Assembly (NCBI GenBank): GCA_043810635.1
Contig: JBDRNY010000002.1
Location: 1-10,963 of the forward strand
Length of the DNA: 10,963 bases
Direction: 5' to 3'
Source: Candidatus Micrarchaeota archaeon
GTDB lineage: Archaea; Micrarchaeota; Micrarchaeia; Anstonellales; Anstonellaceae
A model generated the notes under the pieces. The model searched no databases. It was not told the DNA's origin and was given only the letters and a program-made list of their open reading frames with translations. The position numbers and the translations under genes are program-made. Below, piece by piece: positions 1 to 6,364 of this stretch; position 1 is the first letter of the stretch, and the number at the start of each line of letters is the position of its first letter.

Positions 1-13
1 CCTGCCAAGCCCG
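1..13 (+). tRNA. Probable 3' end of a tRNA (likely tRNA-Arg) truncated by the window edge
   Basis: CCTGC-CAAGCCC-G reads as T-stem 3' strand, acceptor 3' strand and discriminator G (implied 5' end GGGCTTG). It is followed by an AT/T-rich tract. The same 13-mer recurs at 149-161. Only 13 nt are visible. Confidence 0.45.
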
Positions 14-24
14 TTAAAATTTTT

Positions 25-161
25 CTTCTAAATATCAGGCTGTGGGTTCAAATCCCGTTTTTTCGGCGAACCGAAAAAAGGGCCCCATTTTGCGAAGCAA
101 AATGAAGGCGGCAAACTTGTTTGCCGTATGTGTCCGAAGGACACAACACCTGCCAAGCCCG
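25..161 (+). pseudogene. Interrupted 3'-half tRNA-Arg(UCU)-like fragment
   Basis: CTTCTAA (25-31, anticodon-loop-like, TCT), ATATC, AGGCT (variable-loop-like), GTGGG-TTCAAAT-CCC (42-56, T-arm), then about 92 nt of hairpins, then CCTGCCAAGCCCG (149-161). No 5' acceptor strand or D-arm precedes it. Confidence 0.6.
54..145. repeat. Cassette of four consecutive perfect hairpins
   Basis: TTTTTTCGG-cgaa-CCGAAAAAA (58-79, extendable by CCC 54-56/GGG 80-82); CATTTTGC-gaa-GCAAAATG (86-104); CGGCAAA-cttg-TTTGCCG (109-126); TGTGTCC-gaa-GGACACA (129-145). Confidence 0.9.
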
Positions 162-189
162 AATTAATCTCTTTTTCTTTTCCCAGAGG

Positions 190-218
190 TTTTTCTTTCT
201 TTCGCAAAGAAAGAAAAA
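190..218. terminator. 13-bp perfect inverted repeat, possible bidirectional terminator
   Basis: TTTTTCTTTCTTT-cgc-AAAGAAAGAAAAA lies 20 nt past the toxin stop codon, between convergent tRNA-side and TA transcription. The repeat is directly visible; the terminator role is inferred. Confidence 0.5.
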
Positions 219-237
219 GACCTATTTTTTCATCCTC

Positions 238-1146
238 TCATTTGCCCCGCTCCAAATTTGCGCCGCCAAAAATTTTCCCAAGCCTTGAGCGCACCTTCTC
301 AATCACCTTTGTTGCGCTCTTTTCGCCTATTATTTCCGGGCGGAAGAAGATGGCAAGGTCTTCTTCGTGTATTTTTATATCGCAAGGTTTTGAGAGGAAG
401 TGCATGAACTTTTTCCAGTAGCTTGTGCCGTGTATTGGGCCGAATTTCTTCTGGAGGCATTTTTTGCTTGAAAGCGCCCTGTCCAAAATGCCGCTCCGCT
501 CCATCATGTGAAGGTCAACAACATCGCGCAGGAGGAGGGACCACTCGTCAGCAGCTCCGCGCGTTGCCAATGCGCGGATTTTCTCCGCGCACAGCTCTTC
601 TTCTGCCAGCACTTTCACAAAAACGCCCGTAATTCTGGCAAAGCTGCCCGGGTAAAGCAACTTATACTTTTGCAGAATGGGAACCACCGGCTTGAATTTT
701 TTTAGGGCTGGCTTGGAACATGGGCTGGAGTCAATGGCGCTGACAGAAATTTTAATCGGGATGCGCAGAAATTTTGGAGCGTCAAGGAGCTTTAAGATAA
801 GTATCCTGCCCCCTTCGCGGTGCTTGTCACTCTCGGGATTGGCTATCGTAAAGCCAAGCTCCAAGAGAAGCTTCTCCAGCTGCGGCTGGTAGTTGCGGTA
901 TTGCTTTCTTGGCATTTTCCCTTCAAAGAGCGAAAAATCAAGGTCATAGCTGAAGCGATAGGGCGTGCGCCACGCCTTGATGATTGCGGTTCCGCCCTTG
1001 AGCACGAAACCAAACCGCAGCTGAATTTCTTTTATAGCGGCAGTAAGCAACAGGTCAACATAAATATTTTCGGCGGTAAAAGGGGGCTTTCTGGAAAGCT
1101 TGAGGGCGAGCTCGTGCAAATCCTCAAAATTTATTTTTTCCGCCAT
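238..1146 (-). CDS. abiEii: Type IV TA toxin, AbiEii/AbiGii-family nucleotidyltransferase
   Basis: Motifs LKGGTA, RFSYDLDF, EKIRAL and RDVVDL. Start placed at ATG 1146 (MAEKINF), 4 nt after the antitoxin stop, rather than at 1170. Confidence 0.88.
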   Translation of the reverse strand: MAEKINFEDLHELALKLSRKPPFTAENIYVDLLLTAAIKEIQLRFGFVLKGGTAIIKAWRTPYRFSYDLDFSLFEGKMPRKQYRNYQPQLEKLLLELGFTIANPESDKHREGGRILILKLLDAPKFLRIPIKISVSAIDSSPCSKPALKKFKPVVPILQKYKLLYPGSFARITGVFVKVLAEEELCAEKIRALATRGAADEWSLLLRDVVDLHMMERSGILDRALSSKKCLQKKFGPIHGTSYWKKFMHFLSKPCDIKIHEEDLAIFFRPEIIGEKSATKVIEKVRSRLGKIFGGANLERGK

Positions 1147-1150
1147 GTGC

Positions 1151-1795
1151 TCACTTTTCCAGCGCTGCAAGCATCTTCTTTGCAGAATGCCTGGGGTAGC
1201 ATGACAAAATTATTGCGCGAATCTTTTTTTTGCTGCATCCATAACCCCCCAGCATATTCCTGGCCTGCTCCATGCCACCATGGCCGTGTACATGGAGGTA
1301 AAGGCAGTCGGCAATGCCCCTTTCCAAAGTGCAAATATTGTAGGCAATTCCCTTATGCTTATTGGAAATAATCCCGCACCCCCCCGTGATTTTGGCAGCT
1401 GTCTTTAGGAGCGCAACTTTTCCGAAAATGGGTGAATCAATTCTTCTGCTAACACGGCTGTTTAGCACGTAATATACTGAAACAGGCTGATGGATAAAGC
1501 CCGAAAGGCTCAGGGCGCTAACCCTCCCAAAATACCAGTTCCTGCCGAAGCCAACATTTAGCGCTGATGCAAGCAAGGCAAGGGCATCAAGCTTGAGAAA
1601 TGAGCGGGTTCTCTCCTCCGGGTCAAGCACATAATAAACCCCCCGAAAGCCTTTTAGGGGCATGAGCCAGCGGGTGTTTATGAGCTTGGATATCCAGGGA
1701 AGATAATTCTTTCCGACAATTTCGCGCACATCTTGCGAGGTGCATATTCGCTTGCCCCTCTTTAAAAGAATCTCCGGCACATCGACGGTGTTCAT
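1151..1795 (-). CDS. abiEi: Type IV TA antitoxin, AbiEi-family transcriptional regulator
   Basis: N-terminal wHTH-like segment ending in RGVYYV, then YFGRVSALSLSGFIHQP and TLERGIADCL. Lies directly upstream of the toxin. GGTGA RBS at 1800-1804. Confidence 0.82.
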   Translation of the reverse strand: MNTVDVPEILLKRGKRICTSQDVREIVGKNYLPWISKLINTRWLMPLKGFRGVYYVLDPEERTRSFLKLDALALLASALNVGFGRNWYFGRVSALSLSGFIHQPVSVYYVLNSRVSRRIDSPIFGKVALLKTAAKITGGCGIISNKHKGIAYNICTLERGIADCLYLHVHGHGGMEQARNMLGGYGCSKKKIRAIILSCYPRHSAKKMLAALEK

Positions 1796-1801
1796 TTTTT
1801 C

Positions 1802-1860
1802 ACCAATATATCTACTTTAATATTTATTAAAATAAACGTATTGGTAATTTAAAAAGCTTT
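1802..1860 (-). promoter_or_regulatory. TA operon promoter (BRE/TATA) with inverted-repeat operator
   Basis: Minus strand reads AAAGCTTTTTAAAT (1860-1847). Inverted repeat 1802-1822 / 1825-1845 has 17 of 21 positions complementary and a 2-bp spacer. Confidence 0.72.
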
Positions 1861-1888
1861 TGGCTCAACGCCGGGCAAATTGCAGAGC

Positions 1889-3079
1889 TTATTTTTTCAT
1901 CCTTGAATTTACTTCGCTTTTGAAATCCTGTATTATATTCATGTAATTAATATAGCTCTCGAAGGGGGATTCATAGGGGGAGAAATAGTTGTGCACATCC
2001 TGGTCAGAAAGGGATTTTGTGCAGCAATAATACAAATGGTCGGAATTTTGCAAATGCCTCCATGTGCGCAATAATTCAGCATCATTTATTTCCTTAATCG
2101 GCTTTTCCAAAGAAGTTAATTCTGTCCAGCAGGAGCGCTGCATCTCATTTCCAAGCCAGGCAGATGTGTCTCTTTCCATGTCTGCCCAGGAAATTGTGCC
2201 GGGGCAGTCGATTTCGCCTATTGCTCCAATATTTTTTGCAATTTCAGAAGGGGTTGAAAATTTCAAATGCTTGTGCTTTTCAATTTCGCCGAATAAATTC
2301 CTTAAAAATTCCATTATGCCGGTGTCTGCCCAGTGGTGCTCGCCAAATGTTTCATAATCCATAAACAAATTCACGCAATCCCCCTGCAATGCAGAAAGCC
2401 AGTTTGCATATTTCGGCGCGGTAAGGGGCCATTCGCTCCATGTTTTTTGGGAAAAGCGGTAGCCGATGTCATCTGATAATTTGTAATGGCGCAGGAGAGA
2501 TTTGATGCCATTGCACCCTTTTACAGAATAGAGGTAGGTTGGGGAGCGCCAGCCGAGCATGGATTCCAATCCTTCTGCCATAATTCCCTTGTAATCCATT
2601 CTTTCTGCAAGATAGGCGATTTCATTTGAAAACATTGCCTCGGTATTTCTCAATACGTTTGAAGGGGAGGCAAATTCAGATATTGCTTTTGAATGCAATT
2701 TCACCTGCTCGCAAAACTCGTCCTTGTTTGGAAAGATGGAGGAAAGGGAATGGTAATAAGTTTCGGAGAGAAATTCCACCCTTCCGGTGCGCGCAAGCGC
2801 GCGGAAAGAGTCAATCACTTCTGGGTTGTACATTCTCGCCTGCTCCAAAAATACCCCTGTAATTGAAAAGCTTAATTTTAATCCTGGGTGCTTTTCAAGC
2901 TGCTCAAGCAAAATTTTGTTTGTTGGAAGATAGCATTTGCCCGCGACTTTGTCCAATATTTGCTTGTTTAATTTTTCGTCAAAATAGCGCGGGAATAAAT
3001 CTCCCCCGTTTGTGGAAAATATTGAAAATGGGGAAAGCCGCATCGGCTGATGAACCTGGAAATAAATGCATACCTCCAT
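1889..3079 (-). CDS. Glycoside hydrolase family 57 (alpha-amylase-like)
   Basis: Motifs FQVHQP, ETYYHSL, RNTE (nucleophile Glu), DYETFGEH (acid/base Asp) and SDHLYY. Start at ATG 3079 with GGTGA upstream, overlapping the GT4 stop. Confidence 0.93.
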   Translation of the reverse strand: MEVCIYFQVHQPMRLSPFSIFSTNGGDLFPRYFDEKLNKQILDKVAGKCYLPTNKILLEQLEKHPGLKLSFSITGVFLEQARMYNPEVIDSFRALARTGRVEFLSETYYHSLSSIFPNKDEFCEQVKLHSKAISEFASPSNVLRNTEAMFSNEIAYLAERMDYKGIMAEGLESMLGWRSPTYLYSVKGCNGIKSLLRHYKLSDDIGYRFSQKTWSEWPLTAPKYANWLSALQGDCVNLFMDYETFGEHHWADTGIMEFLRNLFGEIEKHKHLKFSTPSEIAKNIGAIGEIDCPGTISWADMERDTSAWLGNEMQRSCWTELTSLEKPIKEINDAELLRTWRHLQNSDHLYYCCTKSLSDQDVHNYFSPYESPFESYINYMNIIQDFKSEVNSRMKK

Positions 3080-3086
3080 CCGTCTC

Positions 3087-4268
3087 TCACCCTTTGGAAT
3101 GTTTACTAACAGCCTCTTCATAAACCTTTAGTGTGTTGATGGCGGTTTTTTCCCATGTAAGGGATTGCAAATCTATTTCAGCCATCTGAGTCATGGTGGC
3201 CCTGAGCTTGGGATATTTCAGCACTGCAATAATTTTTTGCGCCATTCCGTTAATGTCCCAGAAATCTACTTTTAATGCGCTTTTCACAACTTCAGACACT
3301 CCTGAAGTTTTGGAAATTATTACAGGGGTGCCTGATGCCATTGCCTCCAATGCAACAATTCCGAATGGTTCGGAAGTGGAAGGCATTACATAAACATCAC
3401 AGGCAGAATAAATTTTCCTCTGCTCCTCATCCGGGAGAAAGCCGAGGAATTTTACATTGTTTGAAAGCCCTAATTCTATTGACAAATTTATAAGGAAGGG
3501 AAGAAGCCCCCCGCTTCCTGCAACAAAAAACATTACATTCTTTTCTTTTTCAAGCACTTTTTTTGCAGCATGCAAAAACTGCACAGGCCCTTTCTGCTCG
3601 GTCAATCTTCCCAAAAATAATACTTTCTTTTTTCCGTCAACAGATTTTGCAAGGGAAAAAACTCTTCCGACTTTATATTTTCCTGCATCAACTCCATTAT
3701 ATACAACCCTTATTTTTTTCTCATTCCCCCCGAGCTTTTTCACCTCCTCGGCAGTGCGCTTTGAAACAGCTATTATAAGTGCGGGCTGCTTTACCGCGTC
3801 CCTTTCAATATCCAAAATAACTTCCCAGGGGGAGGAAGTGCGGTCATATTCTGTGGAATGGATTGTCTGCACCAGGGGGCGCTTTATTTCAGAAGAGGCA
3901 AGAAGCCCTCCGCGGGCGGTAAGCCAATCATGGGCATGCACAATGTCATATTTTTCATTTTCATTTTCCCTTTTCACTGAATCTGCGGCAAGCTTTCCAT
4001 ATGCATCAACAGCTTTTAGCAAATCCTCGCCATAAGTCGCCATCCTTCCTTTTTTTGAATACCGGAAATAAGGGGTAAGCACGGTGCGGGAAACTTCAAT
4101 GAGGCGGACATTCGGATGCGGGCTTTTCAGCTCCTTTTTTGTGGTGGGCATGAAAAAATCTATTTTATGCCCCATATCTGCAAGGCGTAAAGTAAGCTCA
4201 TAGCAGTGCACTCCAAGCCCGCCAGATACAAATGGCGGAAACTCCCACCCCAACATAGCAATGCGCAT
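3087..4268 (-). CDS. GT4-family glycosyltransferase (glycogen/alpha-glucan synthase-like)
   Basis: MRIAMLGWEFPPFVSGGLG, HAHDW, FLGRLTEQKG and EPFGIVALEAMASG (EX7E). Alternative GTG start at 4274. Confidence 0.93.
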   Translation of the reverse strand: MRIAMLGWEFPPFVSGGLGVHCYELTLRLADMGHKIDFFMPTTKKELKSPHPNVRLIEVSRTVLTPYFRYSKKGRMATYGEDLLKAVDAYGKLAADSVKRENENEKYDIVHAHDWLTARGGLLASSEIKRPLVQTIHSTEYDRTSSPWEVILDIERDAVKQPALIIAVSKRTAEEVKKLGGNEKKIRVVYNGVDAGKYKVGRVFSLAKSVDGKKKVLFLGRLTEQKGPVQFLHAAKKVLEKEKNVMFFVAGSGGLLPFLINLSIELGLSNNVKFLGFLPDEEQRKIYSACDVYVMPSTSEPFGIVALEAMASGTPVIISKTSGVSEVVKSALKVDFWDINGMAQKIIAVLKYPKLRATMTQMAEIDLQSLTWEKTAINTLKVYEEAVSKHSKG

Positions 4269-4335
4269 ATCCACTAAACCCTAATGCAAAAATGGATTGA
4301 TTGCTTTTAAATTTAACCTAAAAAGAAGAAGGCGG

Positions 4336-4451
4336 CTATTGCCCTTCTGCTATAATTACTATATATACTGTGTGCTTTAATTTGTTGGAAAAATTACTAT
4401 AATTACTATATATACTGTGTGCTTTAATTTGTTGGAAAAGCCGGTTTTGCC
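4336..4451 (-). pseudogene. Diverged remnant of the NYN gene 3' end
   Basis: With one repeat copy collapsed, the minus strand translates GKTGFSNKLKHTVYIVIIAEGQ*, against EPGFSAALKHTADIVIIAESG* at the end of the adjacent gene. Confidence 0.8.
4350..4439. repeat. Perfect 43-bp direct repeat, two copies (4350-4392 and 4397-4439)
   Basis: CTATAATTACTATATATACTGTGTGCTTTAATTTGTTGGAAAA occurs twice, separated by ATTA (period 47). Confidence 0.95.
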
Positions 4452-4466
4452 TTGTTATTTGTCGGC

Positions 4467-4943
4467 TTATCCGCTTTCTGCTATTATTACTATGTCTGCA
4501 GTATGTTTTAATGCTGCTGAAAAGCCCGGCTCTGCGCCTATTACTATTGTTTCTTTTCCCAATTCTTTTGCTTTTACCAATACAGGGCGGAAATCTATGT
4601 CGCGTGTCATCAAGGCAATGATGTGGATGTTTGGATTATACACCTGGCAAATCGAATCAACTGCCATTGTTACATCAACATCCCCCGTGGATATTATCGG
4701 CTCATAGCCCTGGTTTGTAACAGCTTCTATTAATTTGTCCGAGGCATATTGGTCTAAAAATAATTTTGCAACTTTTATATGCCCGTATTTCTCAACTTCC
4801 TTTCTTACTTTAAGCAAATCAAGGCGCATGTCCCTTCTTATTACATTAGGGCCGTCCACCATCAAAGCAATATTTTTGTCAGGACGCTTTTTTTCCTTTC
4901 TTTTTAGCAGGGATTTTATTTTTTCCAAAACATCTGATGCCAT
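4467..4943 (-). CDS. NYN-domain (PIN-like) protein, archaeal TIGR00288 type
   Basis: Motifs VDGPN, GDVDV, TRDIDFRP, AKELGKETIVIG and LKHTAD. Start placed at ATG 4943 (MASDV) to avoid overlap with tatD. Confidence 0.88.
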   Translation of the reverse strand: MASDVLEKIKSLLKRKEKKRPDKNIALMVDGPNVIRRDMRLDLLKVRKEVEKYGHIKVAKLFLDQYASDKLIEAVTNQGYEPIISTGDVDVTMAVDSICQVYNPNIHIIALMTRDIDFRPVLVKAKELGKETIVIGAEPGFSAALKHTADIVIIAESG

Positions 4944-4983
4944 AAATATAATTGCATAGCCACAGTTAAAAAATGTGTTATAA

Positions 4984-5721
4984 CTAAATATTGAAAAACT
5001 TTCTTGCATTTTCGTTTGTTGCATCAATCGCTTCTTCAACAGGAATATTTTTTATTTCTGAAATCATTTTCGCGCTGTTAAAAGCATCTTCGCTTTTTTT
5101 GCCTATATAGGGGGCGTCAGATTCTATTACAAAATTTTCAATAGGAATTTTTTCAATTATTTTTTTCCTGTTTTTGCTTGGGAGGGGGGGAATTGAAATA
5201 AGCCATCCCAAATCTGCTGCTTTTTTTGCCTGAGTGAGATTTCCGCCAAAGCAATGCATTAAAACTTTTTTGCAATTTGCAGCCGAAAGCTGCTGCATGC
5301 ATTCTTTTTCAGCTTTGCGGGAATGGATTATGAGAGGAAGGGTGCGGGCGTTTGCAAGGGAAATCATTTTTTCAAATGCAAAAAATTGCCTTTCCCTGTG
5401 CTCAGATGTTTTGCCCCAATGCTTGTCCAGCCCTACTTCCCCTATGCCAACAAATTTTTTTGCAAGGGAGGGATTTGAAAAAGCTTCTTCTATTTGCTTT
5501 TGAATGTCTTCAATTGCCATGTCAATATTGGGATATAATTCATTTCTTTGTATTTCCTGGGGGGCAAGCCCGAGCGTAAAATAGCCCTGCTCAAAAATAA
5601 GTATTTCGTCCATTATTTTGTTGTTTGAATCCTTGGAAAAGCCGGATGCAATAAAAGTGTGCGAAATATTGTCATCAACCGGAAAATGGCAATGTATGTC
5701 AAATAAATTTTTGTGTTCCAT
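4984..5721 (-). CDS. tatD: TatD-family metal-dependent DNase
   Basis: Motifs DIHCH, GIGEVGLD, IIHSR, MHCF and ESDAP. Confidence 0.93.
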   Translation of the reverse strand: MEHKNLFDIHCHFPVDDNISHTFIASGFSKDSNNKIMDEILIFEQGYFTLGLAPQEIQRNELYPNIDMAIEDIQKQIEEAFSNPSLAKKFVGIGEVGLDKHWGKTSEHRERQFFAFEKMISLANARTLPLIIHSRKAEKECMQQLSAANCKKVLMHCFGGNLTQAKKAADLGWLISIPPLPSKNRKKIIEKIPIENFVIESDAPYIGKKSEDAFNSAKMISEIKNIPVEEAIDATNENARKFFNI

Positions 5722-5734
5722 AAAATGCTTAAGG

Positions 5735-5788
5735 GAAAGGGTATATTTATATAGATGCCGAGAGTGGTAGAGAAAAAGGAGGGGTGGT
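5735..5788. promoter_or_regulatory. Divergent promoter region with TATA box and RBS
   Basis: TTTATATA at 5746-5753 (TATATAAA on the minus strand) sits 25 nt from the tatD ATG and about 35 nt from the pilin ATG. AGGAGGGGTGG precedes ATG 5789. Confidence 0.55.
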
Positions 5789-6157
5789 ATGAAATTTGTT
5801 ATGCCGGTTATGGCAATGCTGCTGATGCTTTCTTCTATTTTAATTGCTCAGGATGCTAATGCAACCAATACAACAGGAGTTGTATTTACAGGCGCTGATG
5901 AAATTGATAGCCCTTGGGCTGAAAGTTCCAAAATTTGCATTTTTGTAAGGGAGTGGGTGCTTAAGGGAATGTTTCTTGTGGTATTGCTTGTATTTCTAGG
6001 AGGGGTTGCCACAATAAGCGGGGCAGCATTTCCGGAATGGAGAAATTATGGCGCTAAAATGGTGCTTGGCCCGATTGTTGCAATGGTGCTTTACGTGCTT
6101 GGCACACAGGCGCTCAGATTTTTCATGGGCACCACAATCTGCGGCATCGGCGTTTGA
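5789..6157 (+). CDS. VirB2/TrbC-like conjugative-type pilin precursor
   Basis: Sec-type signal peptide (MKFV...ILIA|QD), short polar region, then two hydrophobic helices joined by PEWRNYGAKM. Strong RBS. First gene of an operon containing VirB4. Confidence 0.62.
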   Translation: MKFVMPVMAMLLMLSSILIAQDANATNTTGVVFTGADEIDSPWAESSKICIFVREWVLKGMFLVVLLVFLGGVATISGAAFPEWRNYGAKMVLGPIVAMVLYVLGTQALRFFMGTTICGIGV

Positions 6158-6172
6158 AAAAGGAGGCGGAAA

Positions 6173-6364
6173 ATGGTTGAAGTGCTGACAGAGCTTATAA
6201 CCAATCTCAACATGCTCACAAACCTGTTGCTGATGATAGTAATGGTTGTGTCGCTTGCCATGATTGCCTACCCTGAGCCGAGCGTAAGGCATAATGGCAT
6301 CATTGCATTTCTTGTTACATTGCTTGCAGCAGCGCTTACCAACCTGCCAATAAGCGTGGTGTAA
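6173..6364 (+). CDS. Small 2-TM membrane protein, possible minor pilin or channel accessory
   Basis: 63 aa; two hydrophobic helices joined by YPEPSVRHNG; AGGAGG RBS; TAATG overlap with the next gene. Confidence 0.6.
   Translation: MVEVLTELITNLNMLTNLLLMIVMVVSLAMIAYPEPSVRHNGIIAFLVTLLAAALTNLPISVV

Noticed and set aside
25..161. Intact intron-containing or split tRNA gene
   Set aside because: No 5' half in place, no convincing bulge-helix-bulge at the insert junctions, and the rejoined T-stem would need two G-U pairs. It cannot be fully excluded without the rest of the genome.
128..1371. Plus-strand ORFs (128-421, 423-632, 508-705, 677-892, 820-1371) and minus ORF 1131-1334
   Set aside because: Shadow frames of the TA genes with no recognisable motifs.
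1889..4268. GT4-GH57 pair as a novel system
   Set aside because: A common alpha-glucan metabolism gene pair with intact catalytic motifs.
4350..4439. CRISPR array
   Set aside because: Only two copies with a 4-nt gap, no cas genes, and the unit derives from NYN coding sequence.
4336..4540. DGR template/variable repeat pair
   Set aside because: Mismatches are not adenine-specific (C/T and T/G changes occur) and there is no reverse transcriptase in the window.
5151..5230. Homopolymer tracts as phase-variation sites
   Set aside because: The T and G runs encode Lys/Ile and Pro codons in an intact tatD frame, and such runs are frequent throughout this AT-rich window.
2064..5579. Plus-strand ORFs opposite GH57, GT4, NYN and tatD
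   Set aside because: Antisense shadows of well-supported genes.
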